DNA of 64,000 bases from Candidatus Saccharimonadales bacterium. Lineage in GTDB: Bacteria > Patescibacteriota > Saccharimonadia > Saccharimonadales > JANWIN01. The stretch lies in assembly GCA_038231155.1 (NCBI GenBank), contig JBBRLY010000014.1:22792-86791 (forward strand). Direction: 5' to 3'. The notes under the pieces were generated by a model. It saw only the letters and a program-made list of their open reading frames with translations, was not told where the DNA came from and did no database searches. Position numbers and translations under genes: made by a program. This document shows, one piece after another, positions 27,201 through 36,151 of the stretch (positions are counted from its first letter, which is position 1; the number at the start of each line of letters is the position of its first letter).

Positions 27201-28037
27201 ATGTTAGCTAACATTGGCATTAACTGGGCCACACCACTACTTATTTTGGCCATCTATGGTGTTGTCAGATATTTCAAAAGCCCTAAAGTTACTCAAAAAG
27301 ATAGTGTAAACTGGACACCTTTAGAAACTGTAGGCATAACTTTAGCCATATATTTTGGCAGCCAATTAATTGGTCTACTGTTAATTTACGTGTTTGGCCT
27401 AATAGGTGGGTTAAGTCAAACTCAAGATAATAATTGGCTAAATAATAATGTTTATGGTCAGTTTGTAATGGTATTTGCTGTTGAAGCTTTAACTTTAAGT
27501 CTGCTTCTTGGATTCCTCAAAAAACGCAGTGCCAATCTTAAAACCATTGGCCTCGGTACACCAAAAATAAAAGATATTGGCTTTGTGCTAATCGGTTTTT
27601 TATTTTATTTTGTAACTTACTTATTGGTTTTAGCAGTCTTGCAGCGGGCTGTACCTAATCTCAATAAAGATCAAAAGCAAATGATTGGTTTCAGTGGAGC
27701 ACGTAGAGGCCAACTAGGACTAGTATTTATAAGTTTAGTGATACTACCACCATTTATAGAAGAGCTAATGATGCGCGGTTTTTTGTATAGTGGACTAAAA
27801 AAGGGTTTACCAATTATGTGGGCTGCTATTATTACCAGTCTACTTTTTGGTTTGGCACACCTAGAGGCTGGAAGCGGTCAACCACTACTCTGGACTGCCG
27901 GGATTGATACATTCATATTATCTTTTGTGCTGATATATCTTCGCGAAAAAACCGGTACACTGTGGGCTTCTATTGGACTGCATATGCTTAAAAATTGCAT
28001 TGCTTTTGCCAGTTTATTTGTATTTCACATCGTCTAA
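27201..28037 (+). CDS. CPBP (CAAX-type) intramembrane metalloprotease family protein
   Basis: EELMMRGF (EExxxR) and FGLAHL (FxxxH) motifs in a polytopic membrane protein. Confidence 0.8.
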   Translation: MLANIGINWATPLLILAIYGVVRYFKSPKVTQKDSVNWTPLETVGITLAIYFGSQLIGLLLIYVFGLIGGLSQTQDNNWLNNNVYGQFVMVFAVEALTLSLLLGFLKKRSANLKTIGLGTPKIKDIGFVLIGFLFYFVTYLLVLAVLQRAVPNLNKDQKQMIGFSGARRGQLGLVFISLVILPPFIEELMMRGFLYSGLKKGLPIMWAAIITSLLFGLAHLEAGSGQPLLWTAGIDTFILSFVLIYLREKTGTLWASIGLHMLKNCIAFASLFVFHIV

Positions 28038-28098
28038 GAATAGGTTGAGCTTTCCCTAATTTTATGGAAATAGGCTACAATGGCAGACAAGAGGAAAC

Positions 28099-29379
28099 AT
28101 GAGACTATCGGAACTTTTTACAAAAACTAGAAAGCAAGTACCTACTGATGAAACTTCTCGCAACGCTCGCTTGTTAATTCAAGCTGGATTCATTCATAAA
28201 GAAATGGCCGGTGTCTATGATTACTTACCCCTGGGAGTAAAGGTTCTTGATAATATTTCAAAGATTATCAGACAGGAGATGAATGCTGTGGGCGGACAGG
28301 AAGTACGCTTGACTGCTTTACAAAGTAAAGAACTCTGGCAGCGTACCGGTCGTTGGGACGACAAAGTTATAGATGACTGGTTTAAGACTAAGTTAGCCAG
28401 TGGTAGTGAATTAGGGCTAGGTCTGACGCATGAAGAGCCACTCACTAATTTACTAACAGACTATGTTAGCTCATATAAGGATTTACCATTGATAATTTAC
28501 CAGATTCAAACTAAGTTCCGGAATGAACTACGAGCTAAAAGCGGTATTTTTAGAGGTCGTGAGTTTTTAATGAAAGACATGTACAGCTTTGCACGTACTC
28601 AAAAAGAGCATGAACAAATCTATGGTCTAATTAGAAAAGCATATTTTAAGACCTTTAAACGCTTTGGAATTGGTGATTTAACTTATTTAACCTTTGCCAG
28701 CGGCGGCATTTTTAGTAAATTTAGCGATGAGTTTCAAACCCTTACAGAATCTGGAGAAGATAACTTATATCTGGATGAACGAAAAAAGGTTGCTGTAAAC
28801 AATGAAGTATATAATGCTAACGTACTTCATGAATTAGGTCTAAAAAAAGAGCAACTGCAGCAGAAAAAAGCAGTTGAAGTCGGCAATATTTTTAGTTTAG
28901 GAACTAAATATTCCAAGGTGCTAGGACTTGAGTTTACAAATGAAAGCGGACAACGTGAACCTGTAATAATGGGTTGTTACGGTATGGGTGTTTCACGCGT
29001 CATGGGAGTTCTGGCCGAGGTCTTATCTGACGAAAAAGGACTTGTTTGGCCCCTAGAAATAGCCCCAGCTAAAGCTATAATTATTAAGCTTGGTGAAAAT
29101 CAGATGGTAAATGAGCTATCTGAAAAATTATATAAAGGCTTGACTACTGCTGGTGTTGAGGTACTATATGATGACCGAGATTTGCGCGCTGGCAAAAAGT
29201 TTGCCGACGCTGATCTTATGGGTATACCATATAGAGTAGTAATTAGTGAAAAGACAGCGGATCAAGGTAAGTATGAACTTAAGCGGCGCACACAGGCCCA
29301 AGTACGATTGCAAGATTACAATGGTATACTCAAAGTTCTAACTGGAAAGACCGTCGGTAAGTTGAGCAATCATTCATAA
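28099..29379 (+). CDS. proS: Prolyl-tRNA synthetase, bacterial-type but only 426 aa (no room for the INS editing domain)
   Basis: The N-terminus MRLSELF.KT.K..P.DE.S.NA.LL.QAGFI resembles bacterial ProRS. Class II motifs and a C-terminal anticodon-binding domain are present. Confidence 0.9.
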   Translation: MRLSELFTKTRKQVPTDETSRNARLLIQAGFIHKEMAGVYDYLPLGVKVLDNISKIIRQEMNAVGGQEVRLTALQSKELWQRTGRWDDKVIDDWFKTKLASGSELGLGLTHEEPLTNLLTDYVSSYKDLPLIIYQIQTKFRNELRAKSGIFRGREFLMKDMYSFARTQKEHEQIYGLIRKAYFKTFKRFGIGDLTYLTFASGGIFSKFSDEFQTLTESGEDNLYLDERKKVAVNNEVYNANVLHELGLKKEQLQQKKAVEVGNIFSLGTKYSKVLGLEFTNESGQREPVIMGCYGMGVSRVMGVLAEVLSDEKGLVWPLEIAPAKAIIIKLGENQMVNELSEKLYKGLTTAGVEVLYDDRDLRAGKKFADADLMGIPYRVVISEKTADQGKYELKRRTQAQVRLQDYNGILKVLTGKTVGKLSNHS

Positions 29380-29410
29380 ATTGACAAAATTCTAAGGAGG
29401 TTTTGTTAAG

Positions 29411-29869
29411 ATGAAAAAACAATTCCACCTAACTAAAGAAGGCGTAGACGAACTGCAAGCAGAACATAAAGATTTGCTATTGCGCCGTGGCCCGATTGCT
29501 GAACGAATTAAAAGTGCCCGAGAATTTGGCGACTTAGCCGAGAACGCCGAGTATACTTCAGCTCGCCAAGAGCAAGAAAGGGTAGAAGGCCGAATTGCTG
29601 AGATTGAACACATCTTGCAAAACGTAGAAATTATTACTAGACCTCGAGGTGGCCGGCAGGTTCAACTTGGGTCTATTGTTAAACTTAGATCTGACGGAAC
29701 GACAAAACAATTTACAGTGGTTGGAACGGTTGAAGCCGACCCACTTAACGGTAAAATATCTGATGAATCACCTATCGGACAAGCATTGATGGGGAAATCT
29801 GAAGGAGATAAGGTGCAGATTAAGATCGGCGTCGATACATCCGCCTATAAAATTGCCAGTATCAGCTAA
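29411..29869 (+). CDS. greA: Transcription elongation factor GreA
   Basis: SD AAGGAGG. Blocks AREFGDLAENAEY..A..EQ and the C-terminal SDESPIGQALMGK. Confidence 0.9.
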   Translation: MKKQFHLTKEGVDELQAEHKDLLLRRGPIAERIKSAREFGDLAENAEYTSARQEQERVEGRIAEIEHILQNVEIITRPRGGRQVQLGSIVKLRSDGTTKQFTVVGTVEADPLNGKISDESPIGQALMGKSEGDKVQIKIGVDTSAYKIASIS

Positions 29870-29904
29870 AGCTGTAGCTATAATAGGCTGTATACTAGAT
29901 CATT

Positions 29905-31443
29905 ATGCAGTGGCTCAACAAAATTGTTGATGATGTTGTAAAACGTCATCCCAAGGGCGATATATTAATTGAATCAGGTGGTTCACCAAGCGGTACTTAC
30001 CACCTTGGTCATATGCGTGAACTGATCACAGCCGATGCTATTTCATTGGAACTAAATAACCGTGCTCGAAAAGCGAAGCACATATATTTTGTTGATGATC
30101 TTGACGTATTTAGGAAAGTTCCAGTTAATGTCCCGTCGGAGTTTGATAAATATTTAGGCAAGTCTCTCTGCGATGTGCCATCCCCAAATGGTGACCAAAG
30201 TCAGTCTTATGCAGACTATTTTCTAAAAGGACTGATTGAGAGCTGCCAAGCACTTAATATAGAAGTTGAGTTTATTCGTTCAAATAATAAATATCAAAAT
30301 GGATTTTTTGTTCCTGCTATAGAAAAATCTCTAGAACATTTAAAGAAGGTTCGTAAAGCTTTAGAAACAATATCTGGACGACAACTAGGAGGTGAGTGGT
30401 CACCAATCCAAGTTAATGAAGATGGTTATTTGAAAAAACGGCCATTCGTTAATTTAAATAAAACAGATAAAACAATTAGCTATTTAAATAAGGACGGCCA
30501 AGAACTAACAACTTCTTATGCAAATGGTGAAGTTAAATTAGATTGGCGATTGGACTGGCCAGCTAGATGGTGGTTATTGAAAGTAGATGTAGAACCCTAT
30601 GGTCGTGAGCATGCTAGCGCCGGCGGATCATATGATACTGGTGTTCAGCTGATGAAGGATGTCTTTGAAGCGTCACCACCATTACCCGTTCCTTATGATT
30701 CGATAAATATGGTTGGCGATACCAAGAAAATGAGTGCCAGTAAAGGGACTGCTATTAGTGCGCTTGAAGGCATAGAAATTATGCCACCGGAAGTCATACG
30801 TTACTTTATATTAAGATCTCCATTAGACAGACGACTATATTTTGATCCAGTTAACGGTGTCGTGCAGCTGATGGATGAATTTGCGGCACTAGCTGCCAAA
30901 CCCAACAAGAGCTCATCTGAGCAGCAGCTACTTTACGTATCTACAGGCGGTCAGAATAATCAACAAACAGTCAGTAGAGTTCCGTTTTCACTTCTGGTTA
31001 CAAGCTATCAAGCTTCACTTAAAGACGAAGATAAAACTCTGGATATAATAAAGCGTTCGGAATATGCCAAGTTAGCCGATGAAGACTCAGCAATTATTCG
31101 AAATGAACTAAAATTTATTGATGCTTGGCTAGATAAGCATGCTCCTGAAGACGTTAAATTTTCTCTTGCAAATAAAATAGATCTAAATTCTTTTAATGAT
31201 AAACAAAAAAGTTTTATGGCGTTATTAGCTGATAAACTCGATAAAACACCTCCAAATATTGATGGTGAAGGCTTACACCAAGTTATTTACGAATTAAAAA
31301 ATAGTAGCGAATTGGAACCTAAGGAAATGTTCAGTACTTTGTACCAAGCCTTGATTAATAAAAGTTCCGGTCCACGTGCCGGCTGGTTTTTGAGCATTTT
31401 ACCTCGTGACTGGCTAATTAAGCGACTAAGGTTTGAGGAGTAA
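29905..31443 (+). CDS. lysK: Class I lysyl-tRNA synthetase
   Basis: Rossmann-type signature SPSGTYHLGHMRE (HIGH variant) and KMSASKG (KMSKS variant). No OB-fold or class II motifs. Confidence 0.85.
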   Translation: MQWLNKIVDDVVKRHPKGDILIESGGSPSGTYHLGHMRELITADAISLELNNRARKAKHIYFVDDLDVFRKVPVNVPSEFDKYLGKSLCDVPSPNGDQSQSYADYFLKGLIESCQALNIEVEFIRSNNKYQNGFFVPAIEKSLEHLKKVRKALETISGRQLGGEWSPIQVNEDGYLKKRPFVNLNKTDKTISYLNKDGQELTTSYANGEVKLDWRLDWPARWWLLKVDVEPYGREHASAGGSYDTGVQLMKDVFEASPPLPVPYDSINMVGDTKKMSASKGTAISALEGIEIMPPEVIRYFILRSPLDRRLYFDPVNGVVQLMDEFAALAAKPNKSSSEQQLLYVSTGGQNNQQTVSRVPFSLLVTSYQASLKDEDKTLDIIKRSEYAKLADEDSAIIRNELKFIDAWLDKHAPEDVKFSLANKIDLNSFNDKQKSFMALLADKLDKTPPNIDGEGLHQVIYELKNSSELEPKEMFSTLYQALINKSSGPRAGWFLSILPRDWLIKRLRFEE

Positions 31444-31992
31444 TTAGTTGTATTGAGAGCCAGCAGTAAGTTTGTATTGGGTGTTTAACAAATATTTAGT
31501 GAATCCGGCCCCGTGAGGCACAGCTATTTTTTCTGCGAATTCTAATTCAGAATTATCTGGGCTAAAATTAGCCAAATCATCGACTACAGTATCAATAATT
31601 TTATTTAAATTTGGATCATCCTCTAAAGAACTTGCAGCAAGAGCTTCACTTTGATCGTCTTGAAAGATAGAAAGGCTAATTTGACCACCAATAGGCCCAA
31701 GTATTGGAACTTCCAAGAAAGTGCTGCTGAGAGCTAGATAGCTAATGCACGATCCTAATCTAAAAGCTTTTTCAGCTGATATTAGATCATCAATAGTCGT
31801 GCTTACTTGTATCTCGGCAATGCTCATACGGTACCGTAAAATATCATGAAGAATAGGATTTTGGTTTTTTATATCCATCCAGGTTGAAAACACCATATTA
31901 TCTATCCCAAGGTCGTGTATTCTTTCATAACAATATTCTTTAGCCATGTCACTGACTAAAAACTCAACTGTTGGTGGTACCAAAGCACTCAT
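31444..31992 (-). CDS. Hypothetical acidic 182-aa protein
   Basis: The ORF is convergent with lysK with zero intergenic nucleotides (the stop codons abut at 31443/31444). No recognisable family. Confidence 0.45.
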   Translation of the reverse strand: MSALVPPTVEFLVSDMAKEYCYERIHDLGIDNMVFSTWMDIKNQNPILHDILRYRMSIAEIQVSTTIDDLISAEKAFRLGSCISYLALSSTFLEVPILGPIGGQISLSIFQDDQSEALAASSLEDDPNLNKIIDTVVDDLANFSPDNSELEFAEKIAVPHGAGFTKYLLNTQYKLTAGSQYN

Positions 31993-32033
31993 AAGGTAAC
32001 TAAAATATTATCATAATATGTAATACTTAAACT

Positions 32034-32516
32034 ATGCAAAAAGCGATATTTGCAGCCGGCTGTTTCTGGGGAGTTCAATATTATTTTGACCAAGTTCCCG
32101 GAGTAGTTAAAACTATCGTTGGATACACCGGTGGGCTTACTAAAAATCCAAGTTATGAAGCGGTCTGCACTCATACTACCGGGCATGCTGAAGTGGTCCA
32201 AATTGAATTCGATCCCCAAAAAGTTAGCTATAAAACTTTACTTAAACAATTTTTCCGTATGCATAATCCGACGCAACTAAATAGACAGGGGCCTGATGTT
32301 GGCGATCAATACCGCTCAGCTATTTTTTATTTTAATAATGAGCAGAAAAAAGCAGCTGAGAAATCAAAACAAGAACAGCAAACAAACTATAAAGATCCAG
32401 TAGTCACGCAAATTGTGCCAGCGACTGAATTTTACGAAGCCGAAGAATATCATCAAAAATTTACTGAAAAAACCGGCCGAGGCATGTGTCATGTCGATTA
32501 CGCCCCAGTTTCATAG
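32034..32516 (+). CDS. msrA: Peptide methionine-S-sulfoxide reductase
   Basis: Active-site GCFWG with typical blocks HAEVVQIEFDP and GPDVGDQYRSAIFY. Confidence 0.9.
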   Translation: MQKAIFAAGCFWGVQYYFDQVPGVVKTIVGYTGGLTKNPSYEAVCTHTTGHAEVVQIEFDPQKVSYKTLLKQFFRMHNPTQLNRQGPDVGDQYRSAIFYFNNEQKKAAEKSKQEQQTNYKDPVVTQIVPATEFYEAEEYHQKFTEKTGRGMCHVDYAPVS

Positions 32517-32545
32517 AATTATTAAATAATGGTATAGTTCTAGCC

Positions 32546-33406
32546 ATGGCTAACAAGAAGAAATCATCTAGTGCAAAAACCAAAACATCAAACAGCAACG
32601 CTGTTAAAGTAAGTGTTGGGAAAACATCTAAAGTAGTGTCGATGGCCGGTTTAAGAAGATGGAACATGTGGCTATCTGTAGTCTTTGTGCTACAGGCAGC
32701 AGCCATTTTAATCCTTAGTAAATCTATAACCCTACCGGTAGTTTCACATTATCTTGCAACTGACAGCCTGGCATCACAAGCTGCTGGACACAATGTCATG
32801 GCCTTAGCGGTTAGGCATTTATTCGATATCTACGTGGCTTCGTTAGTAGCGGCATTATTGTTGGTTTCAGCTGCTGCTCATGGAGCTATGGCTTCAATGC
32901 AGCGACAAAGCTATGAAAAGGGATTAAGTACTAGTAAAAATAAGCTACGCTGGATTGATTTAGGAATTGGTACCAGCTTATTAATGATTGCCTTAGGACT
33001 TATTAACGGTATTTATGACTTCGCCAGTTTACTGATGATAGTTGTTTTGGTATTACTACTAAACGGCTTAGCTTATAAGACGGAGCTTTATAATCGAGAT
33101 CACAATAAACCTATTAGCTGGCGTAATTTTTGGGGAATTTTATTGGCTGGTGCAGCAGTATGGGCAACTGTTGGCTCATATCTTAAAAGCGCCATTGTAT
33201 ATGGTAACGGATTACCGCACTATATTTATTGGTTAGATATAAGTGCCTTTATTTTAATGTTGTTAATAATTTCAAATATCTGGCTAACAGCTAAAGCTCG
33301 GGGCAAATGGGCTGACTACTTATACGCTGAACGTAGCTACATGATTTTAAACTTAGTACTTTACACCGCTATAGCTTGGCAAATTTTCTTTGGCCTATTG
33401 CATTAG
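32546..33406 (+). CDS. Heliorhodopsin-like 7-TM protein lacking the Schiff-base lysine
   Basis: Seven hydrophobic helices with a Lys-rich (inside) N-terminus. Blocks align to heliorhodopsin 48C12 as I recall it: LPVVSHYL / LPMTGTYL, KLRWIDLGIGTS / IFRWVEYSLSSS, GKWADYLYAERSYMILNLVLYTAIAWQIFFG / GKWSNYLRGERAYIVLSLVAKSALAWQIFSG. I prefer ATG 32546 because TGgTATAGT (32530-32538) lies 7 nt upstream. The longest ORF starts at 32486, inside msrA. Confidence 0.7.
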   Translation: MANKKKSSSAKTKTSNSNAVKVSVGKTSKVVSMAGLRRWNMWLSVVFVLQAAAILILSKSITLPVVSHYLATDSLASQAAGHNVMALAVRHLFDIYVASLVAALLLVSAAAHGAMASMQRQSYEKGLSTSKNKLRWIDLGIGTSLLMIALGLINGIYDFASLLMIVVLVLLLNGLAYKTELYNRDHNKPISWRNFWGILLAGAAVWATVGSYLKSAIVYGNGLPHYIYWLDISAFILMLLIISNIWLTAKARGKWADYLYAERSYMILNLVLYTAIAWQIFFGLLH

Positions 33407-33412
33407 TAGCAA

Positions 33413-34030
33413 ATGAGCAACATCATTTTTGATTTTGACGGCACCTTGGCTGATAGTTTACCGGTGGTAACTGATTTATTTAATCAGTGGTTTAGGTCCA
33501 ATAACCCTTTAACTCTTGAAGAAGTAGCTAAACTGCGCAATATGAATGCTAGGCAAGCATCTAGAGAATTAAATATTTCTATTTGGCAAGTTCCAGGACT
33601 ATTGGTAAAAGGTCGTAAAGCTGTTGGACGACGCTTACATGAGATTCCGATGCATGGCGGGATTGAAAGTGTTATAAAAAATCTTCATAAAGATGGTCAT
33701 AGGTTATTTGTTGTAAGCTCTAATAGCCCAGAGAATATTCGTAAATTTTTAAAAGCACACAATGTTTATCAATACTTATCTGGTTTACAGGGTAATGCTG
33801 GACTATTTGGAAAAACAGCAGTATTGAAAAGTGTTATGCGAAAATATCATTTAGCTTCATCAGATACTTATTATATTGCAGATGAGGTACGTGATGTTGA
33901 TGCTGCAAAAAAGGCAAACGTTAAGTCGGTGGCCGTTAGTTGGGGCTACAACGGATATAAAATTCTAAAAGCCCAGAATCCGAGCTTTTTGCTGTCTGAT
34001 CCTTCTCAGATAATAGCTTTATTCAAATAA
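33413..34030 (+). CDS. HAD-superfamily phosphatase (phosphoglycolate-phosphatase-like)
   Basis: DxDxT motif FDFDGTLADS, motif II VVSSNS, and motif III/IV K...ADEVRDVDAAKKA. Confidence 0.8.
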   Translation: MSNIIFDFDGTLADSLPVVTDLFNQWFRSNNPLTLEEVAKLRNMNARQASRELNISIWQVPGLLVKGRKAVGRRLHEIPMHGGIESVIKNLHKDGHRLFVVSSNSPENIRKFLKAHNVYQYLSGLQGNAGLFGKTAVLKSVMRKYHLASSDTYYIADEVRDVDAAKKANVKSVAVSWGYNGYKILKAQNPSFLLSDPSQIIALFK

Positions 34031-34092
34031 GTAAATTAGTTAACTTTAAAGCGATGTATATCAAAAGGTGTAGCTGATACAATAGTCAGGCA

Positions 34093-34899
34093 ATGAGGGC
34101 AAATAACTATTGGACAGAACGCAACAAACCTTATCAACCAGGTCAATCTAAACCATTTAAGGTAAGCCGCAGCAAAATCGAGCTATTTATTCAATGTCCT
34201 CGATGTTTTTGGTTAGATGTGCGACTAAAGATCAAACGGCCAAACGGACCACCATTTCAAATAAATAAAGCCATCGACGAATTACTTAAAAAAGAATTTG
34301 ATAGTTATAGACTAAAAGGTCAGCCACATCCATGGATGACTGATAATGAGATTAACGCTGTACCGATGCAACATAACGATTTGGATAAATGGCGGCATAA
34401 TTTTAGCGGAGTAGCAACTTTGCACACACCATCCAATCTACACATTTTTGGAGCAATTGACGACATCTGGGTTAATCAAGCAGGCGAAGTAATAGTAGTA
34501 GACTATAAGGCCACAGCTAAGCAAAGTGATGTTTCGCTAGACGCCGATTGGCAGATGAGTTATAAGCGTCAAATAGAAATTTATCAATGGTTACTTCGCC
34601 AGAATGGTTTTAAAGTTAATGATACAGGTTATTTTGTATATACCAACGGCAGGCTTGATTTAGATGGTTTTTATGACCGTGTAGAATTTCGAACCAAGAT
34701 TATCCCTTACAAAGGCAGTGATAGCTGGATAGAACCAACGATATTAAAGATGAAAAAAGTTATGGAAGGTGATATGCCAAAAGTAGGCAAAGCTGCGATG
34801 GGCGGTGACTGCGACTACTGTAGTTACGCTAAGTCCCGTACTGAACTAACACTGAAGTCGCTACAAGCCGACAAAAAACCGAAGCAGGCTAAGGTATAA
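34093..34899 (+). CDS. PD-(D/E)XK nuclease family protein (Cas4/RecB-like fold) with 2+2 Cys
   Basis: Motifs GAIDDIWV, VVVDYKAT (D/ExK) and QIEIYQWLL (QxxxY). Cys pairs CPRC near the N-terminus and CDYC near the C-terminus. Confidence 0.65.
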   Translation: MRANNYWTERNKPYQPGQSKPFKVSRSKIELFIQCPRCFWLDVRLKIKRPNGPPFQINKAIDELLKKEFDSYRLKGQPHPWMTDNEINAVPMQHNDLDKWRHNFSGVATLHTPSNLHIFGAIDDIWVNQAGEVIVVDYKATAKQSDVSLDADWQMSYKRQIEIYQWLLRQNGFKVNDTGYFVYTNGRLDLDGFYDRVEFRTKIIPYKGSDSWIEPTILKMKKVMEGDMPKVGKAAMGGDCDYCSYAKSRTELTLKSLQADKKPKQAKV

Positions 34900-34906
34900 T
34901 AAGAAA

Positions 34907-36151
34907 ATGTTAGATATTCAATATATCAGAGAGAATCCGGAGACAGTCAAGCGAACATCACAGCAAAAAGGCTATAATATTGACGTGGCTCATCTTCTTG
35001 AGCTTGACAGCAAAAGGCGACAGCTAATTCAAAAATCAGATGAATTAAGGGCTCAACTTAATAAGGCGTCCGAGGATTTTAAGAATCAGCCGCCATCGGA
35101 AGAACAAAGAGCTAGTTTAAAACAAATCAAAGAACAGCTTGTAGTTTTAGAAGACCAACAAGAACAGATAGATAAGGTTTTTACACCACTGCTTAGGTCG
35201 GTTCCTAATGTTTTCTCGGACGATACACCTACCGGCGGCGAAGAAGCTAATCGTGAAGAAAAGAAGTGGGGAGAGATTTCAGATAAAAACTTTGAAATTA
35301 AAGACCATCTCACTTGGTTACAACAAAAAGGTTTAGTTGACTTTGAACGGGGAGCCAAAGTAGCCGGAAATAAATTTTATTTCTTAATAGGGCCCATGGT
35401 TGAGCTAGAATTAGCTGTATTTCAAATGGCCTTAACTTTGGCTAAAAAACATAATTTTACAGCTATGACGGTACCACATTTAGTTAATACCCGCATATTA
35501 GAAGGCGCTGGCTTTTCAGCACGTGGCGATGAAAAACAAATATATAAGATTGAAAACGATGACCTTAACCTTATTGCGACTTCTGAAATACCATTAACCG
35601 GTTTTCACGCTGACGAGATTCTAGATGAAAAAGAATTACCGCGGCTATATGCGGGTTTAAGTCCAGCTTACCGTATGGAAAGTGGGGCTTACGGAAAACA
35701 TAATCGTGGGCTATTTCGCACACATCAATTTAATAAGCTAGAGCTATATGTATTCTGTAAACCAGAAGATAGCGAACTACTGCACCAAAAACTAATAAAT
35801 TTTGAAGAAGAACTATGCCAAGTCTTGGAAATTCCTTATAGAATTGTCAGAATCGCGGCTGGTGACTTAGGCGCCCCGGCTTATAAAAAGTATGATATTG
35901 AATATTGGAGTCCAGTTGACAAAACTTACCGCGAACTAATGAGTTGCTCAAATGTTACCGATTACCAAGCCAGACGATTAAATATTCGCTTTAGGAGTGA
36001 AAACGGAACTAATTTTGTGCACACTTTGAATGGTACTGCCGCTGCAATGAGTCGTATCCCCATTGCCTTGATCGAAAACCATCAGCAATCAGACGGTAGT
36101 TTGCTTTTGCCTAAAGCTTTAAGATCAGTTATGGGCGAAGGGCTTATCTAA
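34907..36151 (+). CDS. serS: Seryl-tRNA synthetase
   Basis: N-terminal coiled-coil arm; class II motifs (FRTHQF.K.E, GTA.A..R). TATAAT at 34895-34900, 6 nt before the ATG. Confidence 0.95.
   Translation: MLDIQYIRENPETVKRTSQQKGYNIDVAHLLELDSKRRQLIQKSDELRAQLNKASEDFKNQPPSEEQRASLKQIKEQLVVLEDQQEQIDKVFTPLLRSVPNVFSDDTPTGGEEANREEKKWGEISDKNFEIKDHLTWLQQKGLVDFERGAKVAGNKFYFLIGPMVELELAVFQMALTLAKKHNFTAMTVPHLVNTRILEGAGFSARGDEKQIYKIENDDLNLIATSEIPLTGFHADEILDEKELPRLYAGLSPAYRMESGAYGKHNRGLFRTHQFNKLELYVFCKPEDSELLHQKLINFEEELCQVLEIPYRIVRIAAGDLGAPAYKKYDIEYWSPVDKTYRELMSCSNVTDYQARRLNIRFRSENGTNFVHTLNGTAAAMSRIPIALIENHQQSDGSLLLPKALRSVMGEGLI

Noticed and set aside
31989-32219. 76-aa minus-strand ORF overlapping the start of msrA
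   Set aside because: It is antisense to the well-supported msrA (GCFWG active site) and has no independent signals.
32486-32545. Longer start for the heliorhodopsin-like gene, overlapping the last 31 nt of msrA
   Set aside because: The extra 20 residues (MSCRLRPSFIELLNNGIVLA) are encoded by the msrA 3' end and the promoter region. A TGgTATAGT box at 32530-32538 sits 7 nt before ATG 32546, matching the leaderless layout seen elsewhere.
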